DNA of 64,000 bases from Dictyostelium discoideum. Its lineage: Eukaryota. This document shows, piece by piece, positions 9,801 to 21,872 of the stretch. Both the position numbers and the translations under genes were made by a program. The notes under the pieces were generated by a model, which saw only the letters and a list, made by a program, of their open reading frames with translations, did not search any database and had not been told where the DNA came from. Every line of letters starts with the position of its first letter. Positions within the stretch are counted from its first letter, which is position 1. Location: assembly GCA_000004695.1 (NCBI GenBank), contig CM000150.2, forward strand, positions 3,072,001 through 3,136,000, in the 5' to 3' direction.

Positions 9801-11055
9801 GAACTTGTTTACCAACAAATCCAATATTTTCAATAACTTGTAAGATTTGTTGTGGTTGTATAATCATTGGTGAATAATTAATCTTACATTTACCAGTGAA
9901 TAAACTAGTTTGAATTTCATTTACACCTGATAATGATTTCATTTTTTGTTCTAATGTAGTTACACAATCTGCACATGTCATACCTGAAATCATTAAATGT
10001 AATTCAACTTTTTCTAATGATTTTGATAATGTTGATGATTGAGATGATTTTATACCTGTTGAATTTTTAAAATTATTTGTTGTTGTTATTGGTAATAATT
10101 CAATTGATACATTATTATTTGTGGATAATCCTTTATTATCCCTTTCTTCTTGTTGTTCAATATCCACCTTATCTTCATTCAATTCACTATAGCCAACTTT
10201 AAATCCAAATGTTCCACAAGTTTTAGAAAACATTGTTGCAAAGATACGTTTCTTTCTTTGTTGATCACTATTGTAATCATTGTTATTGTCATCTGATGAT
10301 GAGGATGAACGCATAAAACTAAAGTTTGGTACTCCTACACTATAAGTTAAACAACAAACTTGTTTACAACAATCAACTTTACAGCAATGGCCTGTTACAC
10401 AAATGTTGCAACAGTATGTTTTGGTTGATTCTACTTGTTGTTTTGGTTGTTCAGTTGGACAACATCCCTTTTTACAACCAATATCATTGGTTTCAGTTGT
10501 TTTTGATGATGATGAGCAACATCCTTTTTTGCAACTACCTTTATCATCCTTGGTGATCATTTTTTCATCATCGGATGGAGTTGGACAACAACCTTTCTTA
10601 CAATTGTCATTGGATGTAGTTGTTGTAGTTGTTGTAGTTGTTGTTGTTACCACTGGTGAAGAAATGGTATAATCTTTTTGAAAGTTTGGCTCCATAATGA
10701 TGGCACTGTTTAAACTATCCATATCCAATGAAACAATTGACCCAACATTAGAATTTGATTTGTAATTTTTAGGAACACCATCATCATCATCTTCTTCTTC
10801 ATCCTCGTCTTTGTCCCTATCTTCATCATTGTTTGTTAATAATGATTTCTTTTCACCACAACATCCCTTTTCGCATTGTTTTTTTGTTTGTAATGTTGGT
10901 GGTGGTGATGGTGGTGTGATGAAAATTATATCATCTTGGTTATCATCTAAAACTACTTTTGAGTTATTATAACTATTGGTGAAGATAACTTGATTAAATA
11001 ATGGGATACCTTCATCATAATCATAATTATCATCTTCTCCTTTAAAGTCTCCCAT
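6895..11055 (-). CDS. P1B-type heavy-metal (copper)-transporting P-type ATPase with one HMA domain and multiple CxxGCC Cys-rich repeats
   Basis: Continuous ORF. The probable true start is MGDFKGEDD (ATG at 11055..11053; the upstream part of the ORF is poly-Lys from poly-A). HMA motif GMTCADCV (about 9965-9990). TM6 CPC (ISCPCAISLATP, about 8490). DKTGTLT (about 8345-8370). SEHLIG (SEHP-like N-domain motif). GDGVNDSLAL (about 7235-7250). N-terminal CEKGCC/CKKGCC x4 and an internal tandem CKKGCC-Pro-rich insert x5. Confidence 0.9.
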   Translation of the reverse strand: MGDFKGEDDNYDYDEGIPLFNQVIFTNSYNNSKVVLDDNQDDIIFITPPSPPPTLQTKKQCEKGCCGEKKSLLTNNDEDRDKDEDEEEDDDDGVPKNYKSNSNVGSIVSLDMDSLNSAIIMEPNFQKDYTISSPVVTTTTTTTTTTTSNDNCKKGCCPTPSDDEKMITKDDKGSCKKGCCSSSSKTTETNDIGCKKGCCPTEQPKQQVESTKTYCCNICVTGHCCKVDCCKQVCCLTYSVGVPNFSFMRSSSSSDDNNNDYNSDQQRKKRIFATMFSKTCGTFGFKVGYSELNEDKVDIEQQEERDNKGLSTNNNVSIELLPITTTNNFKNSTGIKSSQSSTLSKSLEKVELHLMISGMTCADCVTTLEQKMKSLSGVNEIQTSLFTGKCKINYSPMIIQPQQILQVIENIGFVGKQVHGQSSNSNQITIEIISLSPTSTLTTILNDQLIENIKLSIDGVLDAIEESGSVNDKLTIVYDTDKIGPRNLLKEIQLIFGDNFKIQPNTKLNNNNNSNNKNNNSKDNNNNNLKSLLMFCILLFIPTILISYIFPNIKSVKEVMEFEIGKGITMSILLLLSFATPIQFYCGKPLYISAWKTLIYARKCSMDLLVMTSSTIAYFYSLINLILNHFSSLNYNGPIFFETCVILLTLIILGRYLEHLAKSKASNVLVEKMKQLDSSNAILLSNNNNKDVGSEQEIMIEKELIEKGDILKVLPFTKIPTDGIIIRGNGGYIDESIITGEANHVYKRIDDYVFGGTMNQKGCLIIKVTKHSNDTALSNIIKLVEESQSIKPNFQNYADLVASYFVPTILICSIITFIVWFCLIHYNVVIATDNQSAFTFAIKISMSLMVISCPCAISLATPTSIMVGSAIGAKKFGILFKGGGQVIELASKVNKVIFDKTGTLTTGEIDINHFSIYDQSISPKQFFFYTASAELSSEHLIGKSIKQYAIQQFTLEKALQEPTNSEVHPGKGIISFINNNKIMVGNQSFIVEQLSNNNNKIDSCQSPLQSSQLINSKSDDCKKGCCLSLPPPPPPPTSISNGSECKKGCCPAAAAPPISTGNGSDCKKGCCPSLPPPPPTSISNSSDCKKGCCPAPPPTSISNGSDCKKGCCSSSSSQLSKSQSKEVIINSVIQNDIDKLENQGKTVILVSMNEKIIGLVSLSDKLKPEAKKVISKLKNNGIDVWLVSGDNKRATQSIGEQLNINSGNIIGSALPIDKFNIVRKLQGYNTTEDNCCGTDGGDGFNGASVGCSGSDNNSNNGKNKSIVVMVGDGVNDSLALVQSDIGISISNGTDIAIESSSVILLKNDLNDILVCFDLSKSIFKTIKFNLFWAFIYNLLGIPLSSGILYPWFTIPPALAGLSELLSSLPVVLFSLTLNNYKYQNKN
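7724..7995. repeat. Tandem coding repeat, 5 units of 57-72 bp (each encodes D/E-CKKGCC-P/A-rich-TSISNGS) within the ATPase CDS
   Basis: Repeated block caacaacctttcttacaatcactgccattgctaatagaagttggtggtgg... seen 5 times on the + strand. It translates on the minus strand to the CKKGCC...PPPP...TSISNGSD units. Confidence 0.85.
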
Positions 11056-11467
11056 TTTTTTTTTTTTTTTTTTTCTATTTCTATAAAAAAAAAAAAGTAT
11101 ACTTTTTTCTTTTTCTTTTTCTTTCTTTTTTTTTTTTTTTTTTCTTTTTTTTTTTAACACAGAACACTGATTATTATGGAGTCGATTTCTTTAATAATAA
11201 AAAAAAAAATAATAATAAAAAAAAAAAAGAAATTTTTAATCAAAAAATCTGAATTTTCCAAAAAAAAAAAAAATAAAATTTTTATGCGTTTATATTTAGT
11301 TTTTATTTTTAGTTGTGCCACGTTGGGAATTGCTTCTTTTTGGTGGTTATTTAATTATTTAAAAAAAAAAAAAAAAAAAAAAAACAATATTACAAATATA
11401 AAAGAATAATTGAAGTTATATTATAAAATAAATAGATATTAAATATCAAAAAAAAAAAAACCTAAAT

Positions 11468-11521
<54 letters not shown>

Positions 11522-11993
11522 TAAAATTATTAAATTCTGATTAGAAATAGAATTTTAATTTTTTTTGTTTTATTTTATTTATTTGTGAAATGTCAAGAAA
11601 AAAAAATAGATAAAATAAAAAAAATAAAAAAAGATCAAACCAAATCTTGGATTTAAACCCTGATAGTATTCATGTCACTGTCAGTTGTATAAATCAGTAT
11701 GATGCATCCATTGTTTCATATCTTTTACAACAAATGTGGTTATGTTATGGCCGTACAATATAAAAACAATATCAAAAAGTTGGAAACCATCTGAGAATTC
11801 AGAGTTCTAAGAAAGTGAAATGGTGGTAATTTAAAAAAAAAGAATTTAATTCCAGAATTAATTTAGGATTTAAAATTAAATTAAAGATGTAAAAACTTAT
11901 AAAAAAGATATTTTTTAAAAAATCTTTATTTTTATTGTTTTTTTTTTTTTTAAAATTGTAAGATATTTTTTTTTTTTTTTTTTTTTATTAATA

Positions 11994-13319
11994 TTAAAGT
12001 TTTGGAGAAGTTTTTTTATTATTATAAGAAATTGAACCAATAATCATTTCATCATTAACACCCCATGAATTTAAATCATTATAATTGGCACTACCATATG
12101 AACCCAATGATTCTAATAATGATTTTGTATTTTTAGAAACACCTAAACCTTTATCAATTTTAAATAACATTAAAAAATCATTAGTTTTTAATTGGCAATA
12201 TCTTTTACATGATAAAAGATTTGAGTTATTATTAACTTTACTACACCATTCATAAAATGGCATTTCTTTACAACCAAACTGTTTTTTTAATGTTGATTCG
12301 AATAGAGAATCAAATCTTTGCATTTCACCATTAATATTATAAATTGAAGTTAATTTTGATAATTGTGAATTTGAGGAATTCCAACATTTTTCATTTAGAA
12401 TTACATTCATAATATTTTTAGAAGCCCAAGTAATTGGAGAAACCAATACATTAATATCAAGTGTTGGATAGAAACCAATTTCATGACTTGACAAAAACAA
12501 TGTTTGAAATAAATCATGAGCACCAATACTTGTGTATGGATTAACGAATAAGACTGGTGATCTAATAATCATGGCAGGTATATTAAACTTATTGGAGGCA
12601 TTCATCAATAGATACTCTGATACGATTTTACTTTGAATATAACCACATGATTCCTTTTCAAGATTATCAATTAATGGTAATTGAACTTGTTCATTAAATT
12701 CTTCACCTTGTTTTAGCGTATGATTATTGAATACTGAAAATGAAGAAATAAATACCATTTTAATTGGTGGTTGAACACTAATTGAGAGTTTAATCATTTC
12801 TCTAATACCATTGACATTTATGGTTTTCATTTTTTCATAATTTGATTCCAAATTAATATTGGCGGCAGAGCTTATAATTAAATTTACATCATTGGCCAAA
12901 TCTGCATAGTCGAATATTGAAATCCCAAATTTTGGTTTTCTTAAATCCCCACCGACAACTTCAATCTTTAACAATTGATTTGGTGTGAGTTGATCATACA
13001 ATTTATGTTGTTTTAAATTATTTAAAATATCATCAACTGGGTTACCCAACTTCTTTTTATTTCTTAATAAACAATATACAATTGTACAATTTGGTAATTT
13101 TAATAAATAATAAAGTAAGTATGCACCAAGGAATCCAGTTGAACCAGTTAAAAACACTCTTTTTTCATCACCATCATAACTTTTATTTGGATTTTTGGTT
13201 TGATCACTTTTTAATGGTTTAAATGATGAATCCAAATTCATTTCATTTTTCCAATATTCAATTCTATCATATTTAATTGTTGCTGATGATGTAATTGTAT
13301 TAATTATATTATTATCCAT
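11994..13319 (-). CDS. Stand-alone NAD(P)-binding thioester-reductase/fatty-acyl-reductase-like protein; paralogue of the C-terminal R domain of the PKS at 26695..36214
   Basis: 441-aa ORF. Rossmann motif VFLTGSTGFLGAYLL. YIQSKIVSEYLL matches the PKS C-terminal [12 protein letters not shown]. Overall the domain is collinear with the PKS R domain ([14 protein letters not shown] ... ). Ends -PKL. Confidence 0.7.
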   Translation of the reverse strand: MDNNIINTITSSATIKYDRIEYWKNEMNLDSSFKPLKSDQTKNPNKSYDGDEKRVFLTGSTGFLGAYLLYYLLKLPNCTIVYCLLRNKKKLGNPVDDILNNLKQHKLYDQLTPNQLLKIEVVGGDLRKPKFGISIFDYADLANDVNLIISSAANINLESNYEKMKTINVNGIREMIKLSISVQPPIKMVFISSFSVFNNHTLKQGEEFNEQVQLPLIDNLEKESCGYIQSKIVSEYLLMNASNKFNIPAMIIRSPVLFVNPYTSIGAHDLFQTLFLSSHEIGFYPTLDINVLVSPITWASKNIMNVILNEKCWNSSNSQLSKLTSIYNINGEMQRFDSLFESTLKKQFGCKEMPFYEWCSKVNNNSNLLSCKRYCQLKTNDFLMLFKIDKGLGVSKNTKSLLESLGSYGSANYNDLNSWGVNDEMIIGSISYNNKKTSPKL

Positions 13320-14278
13320 ATTTTTTGGTTTTTTTTTTTGTTTGTTTTGGTTTTTTTTTTTTTGGTTTTGTAAAAGTTTAAAATAAAAAGATTTTTTAAT
13401 TTTAAATAATTTTTTTAAAATAAAAAAAAAAAAAAAAACAAAAAAAATAAAAAAATAAAAAAATAAAAATAATAAAAAAAAGATATTTTTGAAAAAGTTT
13501 TGTTTGTTTTTTTTTGTTAAATGACACGTGGCTATTAAAAAAAAAAAAAAAAAAATATTAATTGGATCACAAGATTTTAATGTGATTGAACTTTTTAATT
13601 AATTATTAATTTAAATGAAAGTGCAATTTAACTACTCATTAAAAAAAAAAAAAAAATTTCAAAGATTAAATAATTAAAAAAGATTTAAAAAGATTAAAAA
13701 AATAAAAAAAATTAAAATAATTAAAAAAATTAAAAAAATAAAATAAACTGTTTTCTGTTTTGGGGTTTGGTTTTAAACAGATTTAAAAAAATTTTAAAAA
13801 TTAATTTTTATTCAACCCCCAAAACTTTACCAATAGGAGCCCAATTTTAATTATTTTTTTAATCATATTAATTACTGTAGCTACATTTTTTTATCAATTT
13901 TTTTTTTTTTTATTTTAATTTTATTGTTAAATTAAAACAAGTTATATAAAAATAAAAAATGGGGAACGAGATTCAAATTCAAATCGACAATTATTCATCT
14001 ATAACCTTTAACATTTTAGTTTTTTTTTTTTTTTTTTTTTTTAATTAAATAATTTTTTCTTTATCTTTTGACCAAGCATCAAATTTAACGTTAAATTAAT
14101 AAAAAAAAAAAAAATAAAAATAATACTTTTAAATTTATTAATTGTTGTTATTTTATTTTATATCGTTTATTATTAATGTGAATGAATTAAATAGAGAAAA
14201 TTAAAATAAATATATTGATCAATTTGTTTCCTTCTATTTATTGTGTACTTCATAATATTAAAATAAAAAATCAATCAG

Positions 14279-14323
<45 letters not shown>

Positions 14324-14341
14324 TTCAATAAAAATAAAAAA

Positions 14342-14375
<34 letters not shown>

Positions 14376-14819
14376 AATCAAAAAAAAGAAATCGGTGAGA
14401 TAAATAAATTTCTAATTTAACTGAAATTTCAAAAAAAAAAATAAAAAAAATATAACAATTTGATTTGTTTTTTCATTTAATTTTATTATATTTTATTTTA
14501 TTTTATTTCATTTATTTTTTATTTTTTATTTTTATTTCTATTTTACCATATTTTATTTTTATTTCTATTTTACCATATTTTATTTTTACTTATAGATAAT
14601 CCAAGGTATTAAAAAAGTAATAAAAAAGAAAAATAAAAATAAAAAAAAAAAGTAAAACAAAAATAAAATAAAAAAACAATTATAACCTTTGGATTAAATT
14701 AAAAAAAAAAAAAATTTTATTTGAAAAAAAAAAATAAAAAAAAAAAAAATAAAAATTACATGATATCATGTAATTTTTCTATTGGAATTCCCTTTTATTC
14801 ATATAAAGATCTGAAAAAG

Positions 14820-14863
<44 letters not shown>

Positions 14864-15128
14864 TTTTAATTTTTTTTATTTTTATTTTTATTTTTATTTT
14901 TTTTTTTTTTTTTAATTCAATCCAACATAAATGTAATAATAGTTTCATTTTTAGTCAGGATACCACTGCATTTAAAAAATAATATTGAAATAAAAATAAA
15001 AATAAAAATAAAAAAAATAAAAGATCTATCCATGTTTGGCTATAATTATATATTTATATAATATAAAAATAAATAAAAAATAAAAATAAATAAATAATAA
15101 TAATAACTATAATAACAGTAATAATAAA

Positions 15129-17970
15129 ATGTATAATTTTTTTGATAGAATCAAAGCGCCTCTAGTAAGTATATTTTTTTTATATTATATAAATATCTTT
15201 TTTTTTTTTTTTTTTTATTTTTTTTTTTTTTCATCACCTATTTTTTTTTTTTTACTAATTATTTATTAATATTTTTAAAAATAAAAAAAAGTCGGAATAT
15301 AAAAGGTATGCAGCGAATCATAAGAAAGATGATGATTTTACAGATATTGAGGATAAAATAAATTGTGGACAATTTCCGAATGAATATGGTAGTAATGCAA
15401 TCGAGTTACCAAATTCACCTACATATAATAATAATAATAATAATAATAATGGTTCACCAAACGTTTTAAAACAATCTCAATATATAAGTTTTATAAATCC
15501 ATTATCATTACCATCATCATTGATACCACCACCACCAAATTATACATCACAACAAAATCTAAGTGATGTAATGAGTAATAATGGTGGTGGTAGTGGTGTT
15601 GGTGTTAGTAGTAGTAATAATAATTTAAATTTAAGAAATACGACAGTATCAATGACATCACCTAGAAATGTACCAATAGTTACATCACCTCGAAATATTA
15701 CAATCTCACCTACTGCAAATATAATTTCTGTACCTGCTGAAATTTCACAATGTAATGATGTACCGAATTCAATTGGTTCACCACCAATTGAAGTTGAGCA
15801 ATCACATTTAGTACCAAATAGCGAATTAAATAACAATAACAATAATAATAATAATAATAATGAAAATGTTGGTGAAGAAGATTTTCAATCATTAATGGAT
15901 CAATCGAATAAATTACAAATTCAAATGCAAATGTTAATGCAAAAAATGCAACAAATGCAACAATTGAAACAACAATTAAATTTAAAACATTCATCAGCCA
16001 CTAATATATATGTACCACCAAGACAAGTTAGAGTGTCTGGTCAAAAACCACCAATTAGACAAAGACAATTTCAAATGAGACCTCCACAACAATCTCAACA
16101 ACAATTTTTCGATTTACCAATTCAAGAGCATGAACATGATATACCCCATTCAAAAAGACAAGAATTTGAAGATTCATTAAGAAACACTACAACTGCAACA
16201 ACAAATTTTAATGAAATTGAAATGCAAAATTTAAACCAAACTTCAAGTAGATTTGGTAATAGTAATACATTTTATAATCCAAATTTTGTGAACCATAGTA
16301 GTGGCAGTTTAGATGAGTCAACCATAAATGTTGATTCACAATATCAACAACATGAAAAAGATAAAGATAATTCAAGTCAATTATCAAAAACTACAATGAC
16401 CACATTACCAATAGTTTCTCCACCACAAGTAAAAGGTGATGTGATTTTGAATATTGATGATGAAAATGGTAAAACCATTATTAGTACAACAACAGTAACA
16501 CCAACAACAAGTCCTCATGGTTTAGTTGGTGATGATTCTCCAACGACAACAACAATAAAAGGTGGAGAAAATGGTGGTTCACCATCAGTTGATGGTGGTG
16601 GTGGTGCTATAATTGATGGTAGATCAACAATTAAGATGGTAATACCAAAGATAAAATCAAAATTTAATAAAGAGAAAATGCAAAGATTTAAAAAAGGTGT
16701 ATTTCAAATATTGGCACCACCAACTCAAAATTTACCAGTTCATATAGTTGATCAAGAGTTGACAGAAAGTAAGGTGGTACCATTTTTAATGGAACTTGGA
16801 CGTGCTTTGACAATGTCTGGAGTGCCATCGAATAGATTAGAATTTGAGTTAACTTTAATTAGTACTACTTTTGGTATAGATGGTCATTTCTTTACAACAC
16901 CAACTGGTATTTTCTTTTCATTTGGTTCACCTCATTCAATTCTTTCACCATATACTCATTTCCTTAGAATCAATTCCACCGATTACAATATGGAACGTAT
17001 GGTTAGATTGGAGAGATTGGCCGATAAGGTTATCTATGGTGAAGTTAGTTGTGTTGAAGCATTGGAGAAGTTAAGAAAGATTCTAGCAAAGAAGCCATTG
17101 TACAATATCTATCTCACAACTTTTAGTTATATAATGTCATCATTCACCATTGCCTTCTTTTTCGATGTTGGCTGGGTCGAGGTTGGAGCTTGTTCAATCA
17201 TTGGATTCTATGTTGGCCTTTTATGTCTACTCTCGAGTAAAGTGTCTTTGGTTGGCAGAGTTTTGGAGGCCTTGTCATCTTGTGGTGGAGCAATCATTGC
17301 ATCGTTGTTCAATTGCTACATTTCGCCTATCCCCATATTTACAGTGACCCTGGGCGGCATCATATCGTTGTTGCCTGGTTTAGGCTTGACATTGGCCGTA
17401 GCGGAGATTTCAACTAGAAATCTGGTTAGTGGCACCTCAAGATTGGTTGGTGTTTTCTCTTGTTTATTGCAATTAACTTTTGGTATTGCGTTGGGTACGA
17501 AATTCTCAGAGGTAGTCATGCCAGTAAGAGACGAAGTTTTACCTGTAACTTTCCCTGATTGGGTAATGTTTATTGTAATTCCGTTCGCTGCCATTACATT
17601 TGGTGTTCAATTAAAAGTTCATTGGAGAGAATTTTGGGTTATCATCATCGCTAGTTACATTGGTGTAACCGTTGGTAATTGGGGTAGTAAATATTTTGGT
17701 GATGTTGGTGCTTTCTTTGGTTCAGCTGCAATTTGTGCTCTAGGTAACCTTTACTCAAGATTAACAAATATTTCTGCGGTCGTTCCAATTATGGCGGGTA
17801 TTATTTTACTGGTTCCTGGTAGTATGGGTGTTAAAGGTATCGTTTCAATCAGTGATGGTGATATTTCCGGAGGAATTGATTTCATTGGTGGTATGTTTAT
17901 GACTGCTGCAAGTTTAACAATGGGTTTATTGGTTGCAAATTTAATTATTGCTCCTCCAAAATCGTTCTAA
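15129..17970 (+). CDS. Polytopic membrane protein, putative ThrE/DUF1212-DUF3815-family (threonine/serine-exporter-like), with a long low-complexity N-terminal region (2 exons: 15129..15164, 15292..17970)
   Basis: Mini first exon ATG TAT AAT TTT TTT GAT AGA ATC AAA GCG CCT CTA followed by GTAAGT at 15165. The acceptor is ..aaaaaaaAG at 15290-15291 and is in frame with the long ORF. Before the first TM, the C-terminal half has a ThrE-like block (VVPFLMELGRALTMSGVPSNRLEFELTLISTTFGIDGHFFTTPTGIFFSFG). About 10 hydrophobic helices follow. Family assignment is from memory of motif patterns only. Confidence 0.45.
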
Positions 17971-18128
17971 AAAAAATAATAAAAAAAAAAAAATCTCTAA
18001 CATTTTAAAATTTATTCAATTATTTGTTTTAAATTTAATTTAATTATTGCTTCTCCAAAAATCATTCTTAAAAAAAAAAAAATAATAATAATAAAAAAAG
18101 AATAAAAATAATTTTCTTATCTGCAAAA

Positions 18129-18183
<55 letters not shown>

Positions 18184-18843
18184 TTTTATTAAATTTATTC
18201 AATTATTTGTTTTAAATTAAATTTCAAAGTTATTTATTTATATTAATTTAATTTAATTAATTTGCAGAAAGAAATAAAATTAATTATTTGAAAAGAAATT
18301 ATGAAAATAAAAAAAAAAAAAATAAAAAAAATCTTTTCCTTAAAGCGGAGGAATTTTGATTGTGGGGGTTGGTGTGTGAAAATTTAAAAAAAAAAATTCA
18401 AAAAAAAAAAAAATAAAAATAAAATGAAAATATGTTAAGGGGGTCGCGTTAAAAATAAAAAAATAAAATTAAAAAAAAAAAAGAGGCAACAAACCCACCA
18501 GCGCCACATAAAAAATTTTTTTTTTTTCGAAATTCGATGCACAATCTTTCGTGTCAAAACTTTTTTTTTTATTTTATTTTTTTTTATTTTTTTGACATTT
18601 TTTTACTTTTAATTGTTTTTTTTTTCTTAAATACTTTCACTACATAAAGGGCCGATTTTTTTGGATTTTCATTTTTTTTTTTTTGTTTTTTTTTTGTTTT
18701 TTTTTTTTTTTTTTTTTATTTTTATTTTTTATAAAAAAAAAAAAAATCCCACCAACACGCATGTCAAAAAGTGTACCAAAATAAAATTGAAAATAAACAA
18801 AAAAAAAAAAATTAAAAAATAAAAATAAAAAATAAAAATAAAA

Positions 18844-19928
<1,085 letters not shown>

Positions 19929-20116
19929 CGTTCCAGAGATTCAGACCGCAGATTTTTTTTTTTGCATTAAATTTGGAATCAACCCTGGAATTTTATTTTT
20001 TTTTTTTATTTTTTTATTTTTTTTTTTGTTTTTATTTTTTTTGATGGTGCGCAAACCATGTCATTCAAAATAAAATTTAAACAAGTTAAAAAAAAAAAAA
20101 AAAAAAAAGTTAAAAG

Positions 20117-20148
<32 letters not shown>

Positions 20149-20425
20149 AAAAAAAAAAGAAAAACCAAAAAACCAAAAAACCTAAAGGTACAATTCACCA
20201 AACCATAGTCGACATTGTGTAAACATTTAAGATATCTTTTCATTTTGATTTTTTTTTTTTATTTTATTTTATAAAATAAAAAAAATAAAATAAAATATTT
20301 TATTTTTTTTATTTTAAAGTAAAAAAAAAAAAAAAAAAAACTTAAAAGATAAATAATAATAATTTTTTTTTTTAAACCAAAAAAATTAAAAAATTAAAAA
20401 ATTAAAAAATAAAAAATAATTTGTA

Positions 20426-20456
<31 letters not shown>

Positions 20457-20702
20457 TAAAATCGTTATAATTAATTTCATTATTTTTTTATTTTTTTTTT
20501 TATTTCTTGTAAATAAAGATAAATAATTTTATTTTTTTTTATTATATTTTATTATTTATTTTAAAATTATTTTCTTTATTTTATTTTTTCCTATTAAATA
20601 AATTAATTAAAAAATAAATTAATTAAATAAAAAATAAAGAATTTAGTAAATAAAAAACAAACAAAAAAAAAAAAAAAAAGTGAAACAGTATATAAATAAT
20701 AA

Positions 20703-20898
20703 ATGGAATCATTATCTACAAATAATAAAATAGAAAATAATAATGATAATAAAAACAATATTGCAATATTAAATAGTAATAGTAGTAATAATACTAATAA
20801 TGCAGTTATAATAAATATTGATAAAATTGAAAAAGAAAAATTAACAGAATCTTCAAATTCAGTGGCTTCAAATATTGATGATAATAATAATAATAATA

Positions 20899-20934
<36 letters not shown>

Positions 20935-21698
20935 GAATAAAGGGATACGATTATAAACATAGAGATCAATATATTATTTCAAAAGTTAATGATCAATTTG
21001 ATACAAAATTACCAATTCAATTATCACCATTTATTGAAGAAAAAGAATTTAAAGAAATTATAGAATCAATTAATCAATTTAAATCATTAAAAGAAATAAA
21101 ATATAATAAAATAATATATGGACTTCTTGGCCTTTTTTTATTTTTTGTTTTATGTATGGGAATTAGTGGTTGGCGTAAAAAAATTGCCGTAATCATTATC
21201 TTAATAATTTTAATTATTCTTGATTTTGTTGTAATATTTATAATTTATTCTCAAGTTAAACAAACACATGTATGTTTTTTTTTTTATTTTATTTTTTTTT
21301 TATTTTATTTAATTATTATTTTTATTATTATTTTAAAAAATATTGAATGATTAATAAAATTTATATTTATGTATAAATAAAATAATTATTAGATTAAAAA
21401 AGAAATTGATAAACTTCATAAAGAAATTTCAAAAAAATATAAAGATAGAGGATTATATTTTAAATGTATTCTAATTACCAGCAATATAAAGAAAATTTAT
21501 AGATATTTACATGTTGTTCAAACTTCAATAGTTATATATTATCCAAAAAAAGAAATGGATGATAATAATAATAATAATAATAATAATAATATTAAAAATA
21601 GTGACAGTATTCTATTTAATAGTAGTGGTAGTAATATTAGTGGTTTTACAAGTAGTTATAGTAGTGCCATTAATAGTACCAACATTAATAAAATTTAA
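20703..21698 (+). CDS. Member B of the same small two-TM protein family (2 exons: 20703..21269, 21393..21698)
   Basis: Exon 1 is ...EEKEFKEIIESINQFK plus 2 TM, ending ...QVKQTH|GTATGT. Exon 2 (after ..attAG) is IKKEIDKLHKEISKKYKDRGLYFKCILI...IVIYYPKK... with stop TAA at 21696-21698. Confidence 0.5.
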
Positions 21699-21753
21699 CA
21701 CACCAAATATACTTTTGTGTTTAATTTTCTGAATTTTGTCAAAATTTGAATTT

Positions 21754-21788
<35 letters not shown>

Positions 21789-21872
21789 CCCTAGCAGTAA
21801 TTAAATTACCACCACCATAATAATAACATTTATATTAATATTAATAATAATAGTTTTTTATAAAAAAAAAAA

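Noticed and set aside
10326-10672. ORFs 10326..10556 and 10403..10672 (+)
   Set aside because: Opposite-strand or alternate-frame readings of the N-terminal Cys-rich repeat region of the ATPase.
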